From the NCBI GenBank assembly GCA_951406725.2, contig OX597828.1, positions 6,944,001 to 7,008,000 of the forward strand: a stretch of DNA of 64,000 bases. Reading direction: 5' to 3'. The translations under genes were made by a program, and so were the position numbers. This DNA comes from Octopus vulgaris. Lineage: Eukaryota. Below, piece after piece: positions 24,983-38,836 of the stretch. Positions within the stretch are counted from its first letter, which is position 1; each line of letters starts with the position of its first letter. The notes below the pieces were generated by a model, which worked only from the letters and a program-made list of their open reading frames with translations, had not been told where the DNA came from and searched no databases.

Positions 24983-26216
24983 TATTATTATCATTATTAT
25001 TACTATTATTAATATTATTATTATTATTATTATCATTATTATTATTATTATTATCATCATCATCATCATTATCATCATCATCATTATCATCATCATCATC
25101 ATCATCATCATTATTATTACATGTAATAAACTGCAAAAGCTCATCAGCAATAGTGACGGAAGCAACAAAATTAGCGACGACAACAAAGACGGGAAGGAAG
25201 AAGGGCCGCGTGGCCATCATCATCGAGACATCAATGGAGATGGTCAGCAAAGATATACAATGGGACAACATAAATATAAACAGGCGACGCTGGAAACAAC
25301 GATTAAGTCGTTAAAATGCAGCAAAAGATGAATGTGGACGACTGTGGGGGGTCGGGGAGGGCGAGGTTGGGGGTGGGTGTTGGGGGCGAGGTTGGGGTGG
25401 CGAGTTGGGGGCGAGGGGAGCGAGGTTGGGGTGGCGAGTTGGGGCGAGGGGAGCGAGGTTGGGGGCGAGGGGGAGCGTGGGGGAGCGAGGTTGGGGGTGA
25501 GATTGGGGGTCGAGTTGGGGGGTGAGGTTGGAGGGGGGGTGATGGTGATGGTGGTGATGATGATGATGACGACGAGGACGAGGATGACGACGACAAATAT
25601 GATGATGATAAGGAGGAGGAGGAGGAGGAGGAGGAGGAGGAGGTGGTAGTAAAGAGGAGGTAGAAGAGGTGGAGGAGATAGCGTCGACGATGACGATGAC
25701 GATGACGATGAGACGATGATGATAGTGAGGATGATGATAATGATGGTGATGATGGTGATGATGATGATGATGATGACGACGATGCTGATGATGAGGAGGA
25801 TGATGATGATGATGATGATGAAGAATATCAAGAGGACAAGGAGGTTAAGGGATATTGTTAGTAGTAAGGTGATGGTGACGATGGTGGTGACGGTGATGAT
25901 ATCAAGCGTGACGATAATGGTAATGATAATGACGATGATGATGATGATGATGTTACGGTACTGATGCTGATAAGGATAACGATGACGACTGGTGACTGAA
26001 GACACTATTGACGTCGATGATAACAATGGCGACAACAACGACGACGACGGTGGTGGTGGTAGTAGTGGTGGCAGAGGTAATCTTCATTGAAGTTGATCTT
26101 TATAGCTTGTTGATATAATTGTTGATGCTATTATGCGATGTTGCTCCATTTCATTGCATTGCTATTGTTACCTTTCTTGTTGTCTTTACTGTTGTTGTTG
26201 TTGTTCTTCTTCTTCT

Positions 26217-26251
<35 letters not shown>

Positions 26252-26280
26252 TTCTTCTTCTCCTTCTCCTTCTTCACGTC
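23745..26280. repeat. Large low-complexity block of trinucleotide repeats (CTA, ATT, ATC, GAT, CTT) with a G-rich minisatellite at 25345-25540
   Basis: Directly visible. Confidence 0.9.
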
Positions 26281-26595
26281 GTCATCGATCAATCAGTAAT
26301 CTCTGGTCTGTATAAAAGGCCTATTCTGATCAGTTCCAAATGGTTGAACAGACGACAGGCAAAGCTGACGTGTGATTGGTCAATTCCGTGTAGACAGATC
26401 AATTATAACGCTCTCAACCTTTCTCAGTTATATCATTTCTTTTATTTCATTTAGTCATCTCATTCTCTTTTTTCATTCTTTCCTCATTTCTTTCAATATT
26501 TTCATTCTCTCCATTTTTCTCCTTTTCATCTCTCTTTCCCTACCCCTCTCTCCTTTCTTCCTTCATTTTTCCTTTTCCTTTCTTTCAGTCTCTTC

Positions 26596-26660
<65 letters not shown>

Positions 26661-26827
26661 TCTTTATCATTTCTCAAATTATCCATATCTCGATCAATGT
26701 TCTTAAGCTATGCGCCTTTATGTCTCTGTTGATGAATCTCTTGACGGATGCTATCAATGAAAATACGATCATTCACACATGCACGGAGTCACATGTACAT
26801 GCATATATCTATACATACATACATACA

Positions 26828-26962
<135 letters not shown>

Positions 26963-26972
26963 ATATATATAC

Positions 26973-27069
<97 letters not shown>

Positions 27070-27123
27070 CATACACACATATATATATATATATATATAA
27101 GTGTGTGTGTGTGTGTGTGTGAG

Positions 27124-27380
27124 TGTGGAGACGCAATGGCCCAGTGGTTAGGGAAGCGAACTAGCGATCGTAGGTTCGCGGTTTCGATTCCCAGACCGGG
27201 CGTTGTGAGTGTTTATTGGGCGAAAACAGACAAAGCTCCACGGGGCTCCGGTAGGGGCTGGTAGCGATCCCTGCTGTACTCTTTCGCCACAACTTTCTCT
27301 CAGCTAACGGGGTGGCGTCATTTGAAGGCTAAAATAATGCGAAGCGCATTGTGACCAGCGATGTGTAGCAACATCTGATA
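27124..27380 (+). mobile_element. SINE family C head with an alternative tail
   Basis: GTGGAGACGCAATGGCCCAGTGGTTAGGG head and CTCTTTCGCCACAACTTTCTCTCA body, then a different 3' sequence. Confidence 0.75.
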
Positions 27381-27386
27381 TATACA

Positions 27387-27933
27387 TCTCTTATTATAAA
27401 AGGCAGATTTTATCTGCCTCCCTTTGGGAGTTATAGAAATCTACAATATAGGATTTCTTCAATTACAATTTACCTAGCATTTTTAAGACTAGAATGCATC
27501 GGGTCATGCCAGGTCCAGTTTTTAAAATTTAAACTCCAATTAAGCAAAATTTACAGAAAACTCACATTCTGGTGTGTGTGTCAAATGCTTTTCTTAGTCT
27601 GGTTTACACCACACGCAAACGCACACACACAGTGTGCAACGAATAAAATGAAAGTAAATAGCGACAGAGTGATTTGAGGAAGACTAAACTGAAAGTATTT
27701 AAACCATTACTCAAAAAATAAAAAAACACAGCAAACAGAAACAAATAAATACATAACGATTTACTCCTCACACAATTTCTTCAATTAGAATTTACCTAAG
27801 ATTTTTCAAAGTACTCCATTCGCTCATGCCATAATATATTTCTTTCAATTTCACCCCCAATTAAGACAAAATTCGAGAAAACTCAATATTTTAACATTTC
27901 ACTCCGAAAGCATTGATGTACATGTGTGCGTGC

Positions 27934-27974
<41 letters not shown>

Positions 27975-28842
27975 ATGGGTTGTGCGACACAGAAAGTGTG
28001 GTGTGTAAGTGAAGTGCTTTTGTTAGTGTGTGTAAAGAGACAGACAGAGTGAAAGACAGAAATAACTGAAGTTTTCACTATGATATCATCACGTGCGAAA
28101 AAATTCGAAGGGTTTTGAACAATTGAGATACAGATGTCACGCCTGTATTGAAACCATTGCTAAGCTGCCGTAATTGCTTAATTAAGACTTTGTTTAAATT
28201 GAAAGGGGCAAATATGTGACGAGGTTGAAAAAAAATACCCCAGAAAAAAAAATGTACTGCTGGTATTTATATAATTCACTACTATTTTGCTACAATGTCA
28301 TGAAAAAAGAAAAAATTTAGGTATGTAAATCGAATTCGCCACCCCCTTTTCCCCGTTCGCGTTTGTGTAAAAGAAATTATTATTTAAGTTTTTAAAATTA
28401 TTTACTTTCTTCAAAAAATATTAATATTAATTAATTTTCAAGAATTATTTAATTTTATTCTGTAAAATAGTAATTAATTCATTTATCTGTAAATCCGCGA
28501 GGTTGTTACTCAGGCACCTACAATGGTAACCTTCAACTAACACTATCTCCTCCGAGACCCTGCGGCGCAAGTTGACCAAAATTGAGAGTATGGTAGAAGA
28601 AGGGTTGCTCTTCCTTCCGTAGAACATAAAATTCAAATCGGACCATGTTAACACCAAAAATTATTTACATCAAAAAGATGCTTTTTTCTATGAAAATCCC
28701 TATTTTTTACGATTTTTTCACTGCTGTGTCGCCACTTTTCGGTGTATTTCGACCAGAAAAATGTTCACAAAATTTTTACTTTTCAAAATTACAATTCCAG
28801 CGGGTCGAAACAAACCCGAGCAACGCCGGGCGATACTGCTAG
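27387..28842 (+). mobile_element. Non-autonomous Helitron (~1.46 kb)
   Basis: Starts A|TCTCTTATTATAAAA; subterminal hairpin CCCGAGCAACGCCGGG (28815-28830); ends CTAG|T; no TSD. Confidence 0.85.
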
Positions 28843-29052
28843 TATATATATATACAGAAAGAGAGAGAGAGGAGGGAAAGAGAGAAAGACGTGCATGCAT
28901 ACGGTGAAATGGTGACATACTGTTATGTGTCCTATTAAATATACTTTTAGTGTTTCCGTTCGTTAGAGGCATTTGCTGTTCGCAGCGTATATAAATTTCG
29001 TTTTACACATGTGTGCGCGCCCGTTTGCGTGAGTGTGCGCGCATGTGTTTCT

Positions 29053-29363
29053 GTGTGGAAGCACATGGCCTAGTGGCTAGAGCAGCGGACTCGCGGTCGA
29101 GGGATCGCGGGTTCGAATCTCAGACCGGACGATGTGTGTGTATATGAGCGAAACACCTAAGCTCCACGCGGCTCCGGCAGAAAGTAATGGCGAAACCTCT
29201 GCTGACTCTTTCGCCACAACTTTCTCTCACTCTTTCCTCCTGCATCTTGCCGCTCACCTGCGATGGACCGGCGTCCCGTCCAGGTGGGGAACCTATACGC
29301 CAAGAAACCGGGAAACCGGCCCTTATGAGCCAGGCATGGCTCGAGAAGGAACAAGCAACAACA
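29053..29363 (+). mobile_element. SINE family C, full length
   Basis: Near-identical to 18974-19285, 41017-41315 and 47244-47550. Confidence 0.92.
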
Positions 29364-29734
29364 TGTCTTTGTGTGAGTGTTAGTGTGTTTCTGCGCGTAT
29401 AAAGAAATGCCATCTGGCTTGGTTGGGGGGGGCGGTTTATTTGGAAGTATGTTGAGAATACAAATATTCTAAATACGTTTGGCTACTTCAATCTGGGGCA
29501 CAAAGACTAAGTGAATCTTTGGGAATGGTAAATTACATCATATGTGTACCTGCTTGTTTTAAATCTATATACACGTGCATGTGCGAGTGTATATGTGTGC
29601 GTGTCTGTGTAAGTGTGTGTATGTGTTTGCGTGTTTGCGTATGTGCGTGTGTTTGCGGAGATTCTGTAGAGAAGGTTCTGTTATAAAAGGATTCGTTTGT
29701 TTAAACGTTGGTGATCCAGAATATGTATGTATAT

Positions 29735-29778
<44 letters not shown>

Positions 29779-29932
29779 TGGGCGGGGTGTGCGCGCGTTA
29801 TTTTTAGAGTATGGGCAAGGAAACATCGAGTCTCATCAACAATCGCTGCCAGATTTTTTCTTCTAGAGGCCCTGTTTTCTTTCTCTTTTATATAATTACA
29901 TGTTGCCTTTTTATCTCTTAACTAACTATACA

Positions 29933-30254
29933 GAAGGCGCGTGGCTTAGTGGTTAGAGGATTTGATTCACGATCGTAAAGACTTAAGTTCGATTCCTTAC
30001 GTTGCGTTTTGTCCTACAGCATGACATTTTATTTCAGGTTACTCCTGTCCATTCCGCTGGCAAAAATGAGATGAACTTCTATTTTAAAGGACCAACCTCG
30101 TCATATTCCATGTCACGCTGAATCTCCTAGAGAACTACTTTAAGGATACGCGTGTCTGCAGAGTGCTCAGCCACTTTCATGTTAATTTCAGGAGCAGGCT
30201 GTTCCGTTGCTCTGACCAACTAGAACAATGGTCGTTGCAACCGACAGAGTGCCA
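29933..30254 (+). mobile_element. SINE family D
   Basis: Homologous to 3030-3352 and 54134-54460. Confidence 0.8.
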
Positions 30255-30544
30255 AATAACCTACGGAAACACGGATAAATTTTAAGAATTTAGATTTTAC
30301 ATATGTTTTTTAGCCTCAAAATCGCATCGCAACGTTTTAGCGTAGATCAAAGTACTTAACAATTTGAGCGACTATATTCGCGGATTCATAGGCATCTATC
30401 TACCTATTTATTTATATTCATATATATATATATATACATAATGGTATTTATATAATCTTACAGCGATCACCGTGCAATGACTATGGAAAATAGTTAAGTA
30501 ATAATGGGGCATTTAAGCCCTTCGACAGAAAAAAAGAAAGTTGG

Positions 30545-30620
30545 CTATCCCATCCGGGTGGGACTCGAACCCACATCCTTTTGTTAACGAGACTGCGTTA
30601 CCATTACACCAGCGAATTAG
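30545..30620 (-). other. tRNA-derived (Pol III A/B box) sequence, not a functional tRNA
   Basis: TGGTGTAATGGTA..GTGGGTTCGAGTCCCAC; T arm intact, acceptor and anticodon stems broken; followed by a T-run. Confidence 0.65.
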
Positions 30621-30714
30621 TCTCCCTGTTACTGTCAAATTTACGAACCATATTAGTCCGTAGTTTTTTTGTAAACAAACTTCTATGTGTATTCGGTGCG
30701 ACTTGTTTTGTTAT

Positions 30715-30870
30715 ATGGTGCCTTTACGTTCTGAACTCAGAATCCACCGAGGTCAACTTTGCCTTTCATTATTTCGGGGTCGATAAATTAAGTACCAGTG
30801 AAACACTGAGATCGAGCTAATCGACTATCCCTCTCCCCACAAATTGCAGGCCTTGTGCCTTTCGTAGAAA
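30715..30870 (+). mobile_element. SINE family N, partial
   Basis: GCCTTTCATTATTTCGGGGTCGATAAATTAAGTACCAG. Confidence 0.75.
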
Positions 30871-30979
30871 TTACTATTATCATTTCCATTTCACTTCTCG
30901 AATGTCTTGATCTTACTTTCTCCGGTCCTGTTAGAGTGGACAACAACCAATTGTCAAACAGGGTCTCTTTCCCTAATAC

Positions 30980-31185
30980 TTAATACCCAAGTACCAATCT
31001 CAAAATCCTTGCTCTTCCCTATGAAGTAGTTTTCTGAACATGTTCTACCCTCATCTCAATCCCAATTTCTTCAACAAATTTCCTAATCCTGATTGTTAAA
31101 GCTCCCAATGCCCCTACAACTGGGGTGAAATTTACTTTCTTCATTGCCTACATTCGTGAAGTTTCATTTTTTGGTAGTTTGTAAC
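30980..31185 (-). mobile_element. RLE-type non-LTR retrotransposon (R4/Dong-like) C-terminal fragment
   Basis: Manual translation with stops: AMKKVNFTPVVGALGALT..KFVEEIGIEMRVEHVQKT..GRARILRLVLGY*. Confidence 0.8.
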
Positions 31186-31570
31186 ATTTCATAATTAGAA
31201 TACGGTGAGCTGGCAGAATCGTTAACACACTGGACTAAATGCTTAACGGTATTTCGCTGTCGCTCCGATTTGGACAAATGTTTTCCTAAATCTAATCGAT
31301 ATCATGCTACTTTTAATCAGCTCACCATGAAAGTATTCTACGCTAGCTTTGCCAGTTTAGAGCAACTTATGCACCGCATAAACAATAGTAAAATGTGACA
31401 AAGGTTCAATAACCCACCTACTGGATCTAGTGAATATACGCATCTAATTACCAACAAAGGAGATGTAAACCACAATGAAAAATGCAAATTACGGCCAAAT
31501 CGTAATAGTAGAAATGCTTATGATACAGCTAACACGGTAGCAACGTCGGAAAATGGAATCGGAATTGTCT

Positions 31571-31636
<66 letters not shown>

Positions 31637-32276
31637 TTTATGTATGTATGATAAATGCTCATGCAGAGAAAAATCAAAATGCCCCTCGATGAACCTCTGT
31701 GTAAGTACAAACCTTGTATATAAATGTACTGTGCACATAAGGGGAGGGCGGTATGTTTACCTTAGCCAGACGGCTGATTCATTTAAAAATAATTATGGAG
31801 GGCTCTTCATTAGGCCTTGGACTCAACAATGACACTTCATGCATTGAATACGTATTAAATTTTATTAAACTTAAACAATATTTTTCAAGCAATGAACAAT
31901 TTTCATCTAAACAATGATATAATTTGTCGACTTGGAACTTATTGCAAAGCTGTATGATAAATAACAGTACAACCACCATCACCACCATATCTGCCATAGT
32001 ATAGAATTCAGACTAATGTGGCGTCAGAAGTCTGAATGACACACTATTCAGACTTCTGACGCCAACACCATCAATACCTTTTACTTCGCAGCCTTCTCCT
32101 CCACCACCATCACCACCACTGTCTCCGCCTCTCTCACAACCACAGCTCATACTAACACCCCATTACCATCACAAAAAGCTAAATGTGTGCAAAGGAATTC
32201 AATGTTCAGTATGTTCGTTCAGTATGTTACTACAGTATGTTGGTTCAGTTTTCAGTTCCTCTTTTTCTCACACACC

Positions 32277-32342
<66 letters not shown>

Positions 32343-32347
<5 letters not shown>

Positions 32348-32582
32348 CTGGCCACGACAGTCCCAGACCTCAATATTACTGAACATTTATGGTGCATTTT
32401 AGAAAAACAAGTAAGGAGTCTACAAGAACTGAAGACTGGACAAAAATTCCTTTGGAAACAATTCAAACTTTGTACGAGTCCATACCTCGTAGAATTCAGG
32501 CTGTAATCACTGCCAAAGGCGGTCCTACACCATAAATATGTTTGAAATTTTAAGGTGTTTCCATTATATTGCCCAACCCCTG
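32343..32582 (+). mobile_element. Tc1-like 3' fragment with right TIR
   Basis: WP.QSPDLNITEHLWCILEKQVR..YESIPRRIQAVITAKGGPTP; ends TTGCCCAACCCCTG|TA. Confidence 0.88.
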
Positions 32583-32691
<109 letters not shown>

Positions 32692-32704
32692 TTATATACA
32701 TATA

Positions 32705-32890
32705 TATCTTTTATCTTTAATATTCTAATTACTTGTCGTTTGATTGCGGTCATGCTGCAGCATCACCTTGAAGAGTTTTTAGTCGAACAAATCCACAGCA
32801 GGACTTATTTCTTTTAAACCTAATACTTATTCTATCGGCCACTTTTGCCGAAAACCAACACCGGTTGTCAAGTGGTGATGGGCGGGGGGA

Positions 32891-32972
<82 letters not shown>

Positions 32973-33108
32973 CCACACACATATATCCGACGAGTTCCTT
33001 TTCAGTTTCGGTCTACCAAATCCACTCACAAGGCCTTCGTCGGCCCGCAGCTCAAATAAAAGACACTTTCCCAAGATGCCACGCAGTGGAACTGAACTCA
33101 GAACCATG
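32705..33108 (-). mobile_element. SINE family A, diverged
   Basis: Tail, (CA)n and body present. Confidence 0.8.
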
Positions 33109-33481
33109 CAAATATTTCCACAAGCATATATACGTATACTGTGAAGACGTTTGACCTAGACCTTAAGATGTTTCGCTCACGATCTTAAGATAGCAGACCC
33201 AAATACCAGAATGGTCGATGCATTTTGTCCTTGGGCAAGACACTTCATTTCACGTAGCTTCAAGCTATTCAGGTTTCTGTCGCTTTTTCCCCTTCTCTGT
33301 CGCTCTCTTTCGCTTCCTCTCCGACTGCCATCCCCTGGGTGTGCCAATGGCTTAAAGGGTGGAGGAGTGGAGAGTGTTGTCTACATTTGCTCTAGACTAC
33401 ACAGACAGCTAAAACAATTAGCGAAAGCCTGCTACATGTTACCAAGCCATACCAGATCGCAGATGACGGTTGGCTTCAACG

Positions 33482-33537
<56 letters not shown>

Positions 33538-33613
33538 TACACATGCACATACATGTGTATGTATACAGATATATGCATGGATATGTATTTGTGTGTCTGC
33601 AAATGCAGCATAC

Positions 33614-33737
<124 letters not shown>

Positions 33738-35583
33738 CTATGTATATATATGTGTGTGTGTGTGTGTGTACATAAATAAATATATATAAGTATGTGTATG
33801 TGTGTGTGTATTATATATATGAAGGTATGTTCAGTATGTCCATATATTTGTATGCATGCATATATAGATGCACATATGTATAAGTATATACAAAGTTGTA
33901 TGTATATGTATATATTTGTGTTTGCGTATGTGTATGTGTGTGTGCGCACGTCTCTGTGTGCGCATGTGTATGTGTGTGTTTGTGTGTGTGAGTGTGTGAG
34001 TGAGTGAGAGAGAAACAGAGACAGGACGTGTGCAGGTGTCTGCGTGTGTGTGTGGAGCATAAGTGTTATTGACCAGGTTAGAACATATATATATAATCCA
34101 TAGCCAATTATAAACCACATTTCCCACAATAATCTCTTTATCACAAATGAATTTCTTTTTCGATCTGTTTTTATTCAATTATGTCTGTCACAAATAGACG
34201 ACTGTCGCGATTTAACGATTTAGCAATGCTCTGTGTCACTGCAACCTACAAGGCATATATATATATACATACATACATATTTGACACACACACATATATA
34301 TATGTGCGTCAAATATGTACATATGTGTATGCATGTTTGCGCATATGCACAAAGGTGTGCATGCGTATAGTTGCAGGTGCAGGTGTGCCTGTCTGGTAAG
34401 CATTTTGCTTTTGAACCACATGGTTTTGTGTTCAGTATAGATGTAGGTATGTACATATATGGATGTATGTATGCATATGCTTTATTTATTATTTTGTTAT
34501 TATATCATCAAACGCCACTCATCCACTTCCAAGTAAGTTTTATATATATATAATACACGCACACGAGCAAACAAAAATACCTGTTTACTGTTTACATGGA
34601 TGTTACGTATATGTCAATAATACCCACTATTGAGTACTTTTGTATTCGGTCTTGAAAATGGGTTTAAGCGAGCATAAAATCATATATGTGCATGTGTATG
34701 TCTGTAGGAGTGGCGGCCAATTTGCGAGGTAGTACAATGTAATTTAGTGCACTTCTACTAATACAGTCCGCTAACACCTTGCGAGTCACGTGGTAAACTG
34801 GTCACGGTTGGAACCTCAGCTCTTGTACAGACCACACTCCCCCTACTCTTCTCCAATCATTATTTACCTTTATGCCACTATACATTTCTTAGCGGATAAC
34901 ATAGGTGTTTATTTCTACAACCAATTTTGCAATAGATCACATTTTGAATTATAAAATTTAAATAGAAAGAAACAGGAAAAAGATTTTTAAAATATGGCAA
35001 AGAAAGTAAAAAGGAAAAGGTGGTAAAGCAGCAGAAGACGGAGGAAGGGAGGAAAATGGGGCACACACACCTCGGAACAAAATGGGTTTTCATCCGCGCC
35101 CCGCGGTAATGATCGTGATAACATAGCCGCAGAGATTGGCCAGTGAGACTCGCTGCAGCAGCCACTCCACCTCGCGGAGTTCATTTATCGCAGTTATCCC
35201 AATTTTTCGGAGGAAGTTGGTAGAACGGGGTTCGAGTGCTCTTCACAAAAGGGATATGTATTTAGTACCTACAATAAATACTGCGACTTGTTGTGAACAA
35301 GATCACCTAACATCGAAACAGAATTAGCTTTGCAAACTAGAAACATAGACTACCCCGTACACACACACGCGCGCTCGCACACATAGTTTTTTAATAAGTC
35401 ATCCACAATTATAAATATTAAAAAAAACTCTATTATACAGTTGGAATGCAGTGTATTTAAATTCTATTGAGATCAATATCGTATGAGATGCACTGTGTTC
35501 TCGGAGAAGTCTTTCTGTAGATTTACATAAATAGTAAAACGAATCTTAAACCCTTAAGTACATATGTGTTTGTGTGTGTTTAA

Positions 35584-35633
<50 letters not shown>

Positions 35634-35849
35634 GCATACATACATACATACATATACAAATACATATATACACATACACATGCGTACATTCATATATACA
35701 TTCATACACACACAACGCACACGTGCACACACATATATGCATACATACACACACACATACATACATGCATACATACATACATACATACATACATACACAC
35801 ATACATACATACATACATACATACATACATACATACATACATACATACG

Positions 35850-36990
35850 TCAGTTAAATAGAAGTTTATTGTTCATTACGGGATTGGTTCATCTTTCGCA
35901 TCAATCACACCTTTAATATGTCGAAGATTTGACTCGCACAGATTTTGAATTATTGTTAAGGATTTTTTGAGCCGTTCTTTAAGTAACACCTGCTTAAATT
36001 CTTTCGTCGATGATGGGTGGGAGAGCGGAAGAGGTTCCCCACTCTTTGCTTCACGATATACAATAAATGGTCGATTATACTGAGATCCGGTGATTGTGGG
36101 GACCAATTCATTTTATCTGTTTCGCTTTTGTGATGTTCGTATTAATTTTGAATAACATTAGTCATGTGAATCGGCGAATTATCTTCCTGGAAGATTGCAC
36201 TAACATCGCGAAACAATCTTTGTCCCATAGGATGGACATGATCAGCCCAAATACTCGCATAATCGTTGTCGTTAACTCTGCCGTGTAGGACAACTAAAGG
36301 ACCAAATGAATTACCTCACATGGCAGCCCAAATAGTCACAGATCCACTTCAGTGTTTCACAGTAGATGTAAAACAGTCAGGGCTGAAAGTTTCATATGTC
36401 ACCAGACATAAGAGGGAACAGTGACTCACCTGCACAGATAACATTGTTTCCTTCTCCATTGACTATTTCTAATAGCCTAGACGCTATTTTTTTTTTTTTT
36501 TTCTAATCAAAGTTGGTAATAGATAGCAAAGGCCTCCCGACCATGGTATCCAGCAGCATGAAGCCCACAAATAACGATTTTGGTTGATACATGGTTGGTG
36601 CTTGTTTAGCTCTGCTGTGACATTTGCTGTTGCTGTTTGCTTATTTTTAGACACATTTCACTATTCTATTGACTCTCTCTGTGAGCAATGCTTTCCGTTC
36701 AGATGTATACTTACCAGGATTGTTTTTACCTCCATCTTGGAATGCCAACAGGATTTTAGACTCTGTATCTCTCGAGACATTAAACAATTCAGCAGTTTTA
36801 GAGTCTGATGCACCAATCGCCTGCGCTCCAAATAGAGATATCTGGGAAAAAAACCAGAGAATTATTTAATAAATTATTTAATAAAATACAAGGCAAACAT
36901 AATGCATAAGAACAAATATATACAAACTGAAATAGTTCTGAATTTGTCAAATAGCCAATACTGAATAGGAGGATCAACAAATTAATAGAA
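35850..36990 (-). mobile_element. Decayed Tc1-like transposon
   Basis: N-terminal ASDSKTAELFNVSRDTESKI..SERKALLTER and C-terminal IQNLCESNLRHIKGVIDAKDEPIP. Confidence 0.75.
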
Positions 36991-37034
36991 GTTGTCCTGC
37001 TTTATTTTAGGGTTTTATGTGGATGGTTGATCTA

Positions 37035-37218
37035 GGTGCAGGCGTGGCTGCGTGGTAAGAAGCTTACTTCCCAGTCATAGGGTTTAGGGTTTGGGCAAAT
37101 ATCTTCTACTACTACAGCCTCAGCTTGACTAATAGTGGATTTTGGCAGGCAGTGGATTTAAGTGAATTTGGCAGGCAGAAACTGAAAGAAGCCCATCGTA
37201 TATGTGTATACATGTGGT

Positions 37219-37278
<60 letters not shown>

Positions 37279-37500
37279 TGTATGTCTGTTTGTACCCCAC
37301 CACTCTTGACAACCAGAGTTAATGTCTTTACGCCCTCGGAACTTAGCAGAGCAGGATAAGAGACAGATAGAATATGTACCAGGCTTTATTTAAAAATAAG
37401 TACTGGAGTCGACACATTCGACTAAAAATTCTTCGATGAGATGCCCCAGCATGGCCGCAGTCTAACGACTGAAACAAGTAAAACAACAAAAGATAAAAGA
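37035..37500 (+). mobile_element. SINE family A, diverged
   Basis: Head, (TG)n and tail present. Confidence 0.8.
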
Positions 37501-38105
37501 CAAGGAAAACGTTACTCTTGTTTTCTAAATCGTTGTGAAATAACTGCATAATCGCTGGCCGGGGTATTAAATACCAATCTGTTTCCGTGTAGGTCCCTAA
37601 TGCAAAAGTTTAAAAACAGGAGTGTTGGGATATGGCAGTATAAAACAATTGCCTTGTTTTGCTTTAACATTTTTGTTTATTTTTTTATTTATTCATTTAT
37701 TTAATTTTTGATTTGTGGAAAAAAGAAAAAACAATCGAGAAATACCACATATATAAAATGGCTAATTATTCTCCTCCAAATTCCAAAGAATATACGCATA
37801 ATACAGAGAGTTCTTCCCAGAAATTCACACTTTTTTCCGGAAACAAATTAAACTCCGACTGCCTTTATTATATTCCCTGTCAACATCTTCCCCATATCAT
37901 TGATGTTATATAATTATTTACTAAAATAGTACGCGTCAGATTTGACGAAATTTATATAAGCGTCCTTTCGGTGATTCTGATTTATTTTTGTTCCAGACTT
38001 TGCTACATTCTCATCTGCCTTCAATTTGTCTTATTTCAGGCACTCATTTTTTGCCTGTTATCACCTTCCTTCTGTATTTCTGCTCATGTATGTGTTTATG
38101 TCGGA

Positions 38106-38147
<42 letters not shown>

Positions 38148-38359
38148 CATATATATATATTCCATGTGGCACGCTTGAACAGTTGTGAATATCTCTTCGT
38201 ATGAAACCATTGGTAGCTTTGTAACACACAAATAAAGTGTATAGATTGTGTATGTATGTGTGTGTGTGTGTCTGTGTGTATGTGTGCATGTATGTATGTA
38301 GGTATGTAAGTATATGTACGTAGGTATGTATGCATGTATATATGTATGTAAGCATATGC

Positions 38360-38410
<51 letters not shown>

Positions 38411-38607
38411 TATATATAATCATACATAAATACTTAAATATATGCATTAATATATGCATGCATGCATACATACTCGGAGTACGCAACTAAAACTGCATAA
38501 ATTGAAGTGACCATGTACGTATCATATTAAACGTATCATATTTAGCATTAACACATTTGATTATTTGGTTTTTATCGTAGGAGAAAATTTTTTAATAGAT
38601 ACGATAT

Positions 38608-38655
<48 letters not shown>

Positions 38656-38659
<4 letters not shown>

Positions 38660-38836
38660 AGTTGAAATTTAGAGAAAAATACAAGAAGACATGTATATAA
38701 ACAACAAACAGGTGTTTTAGTTTAACGCTCGGGAAAGTGAGAAAGTCTTTTACGTTTCGAGCCTACGCTCTTCAACAATAAGGAACACGAGGAAATAAAT
38801 AGAGAGAGAATAAAAAAACTTTGGGAACTAGCGGTC
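38656..38836 (-). mobile_element. Family H2 hammerhead-like element between two (TA)n tracts
   Basis: Minus strand 38777-38746 reads UUGUUGA-A-GAGC(GUAG)GCUC-GAAA-CGUA-AAAGA. Confidence 0.7.

Noticed and set aside
24422-26038. Long ORFs (up to 264 aa) rich in D/N, I/M or L/S
   Set aside because: Translations of trinucleotide repeats, open in several frames on both strands
30545-30620. Functional tRNA gene
   Set aside because: Only the T arm and A/B boxes are intact; acceptor and anticodon stems do not pair
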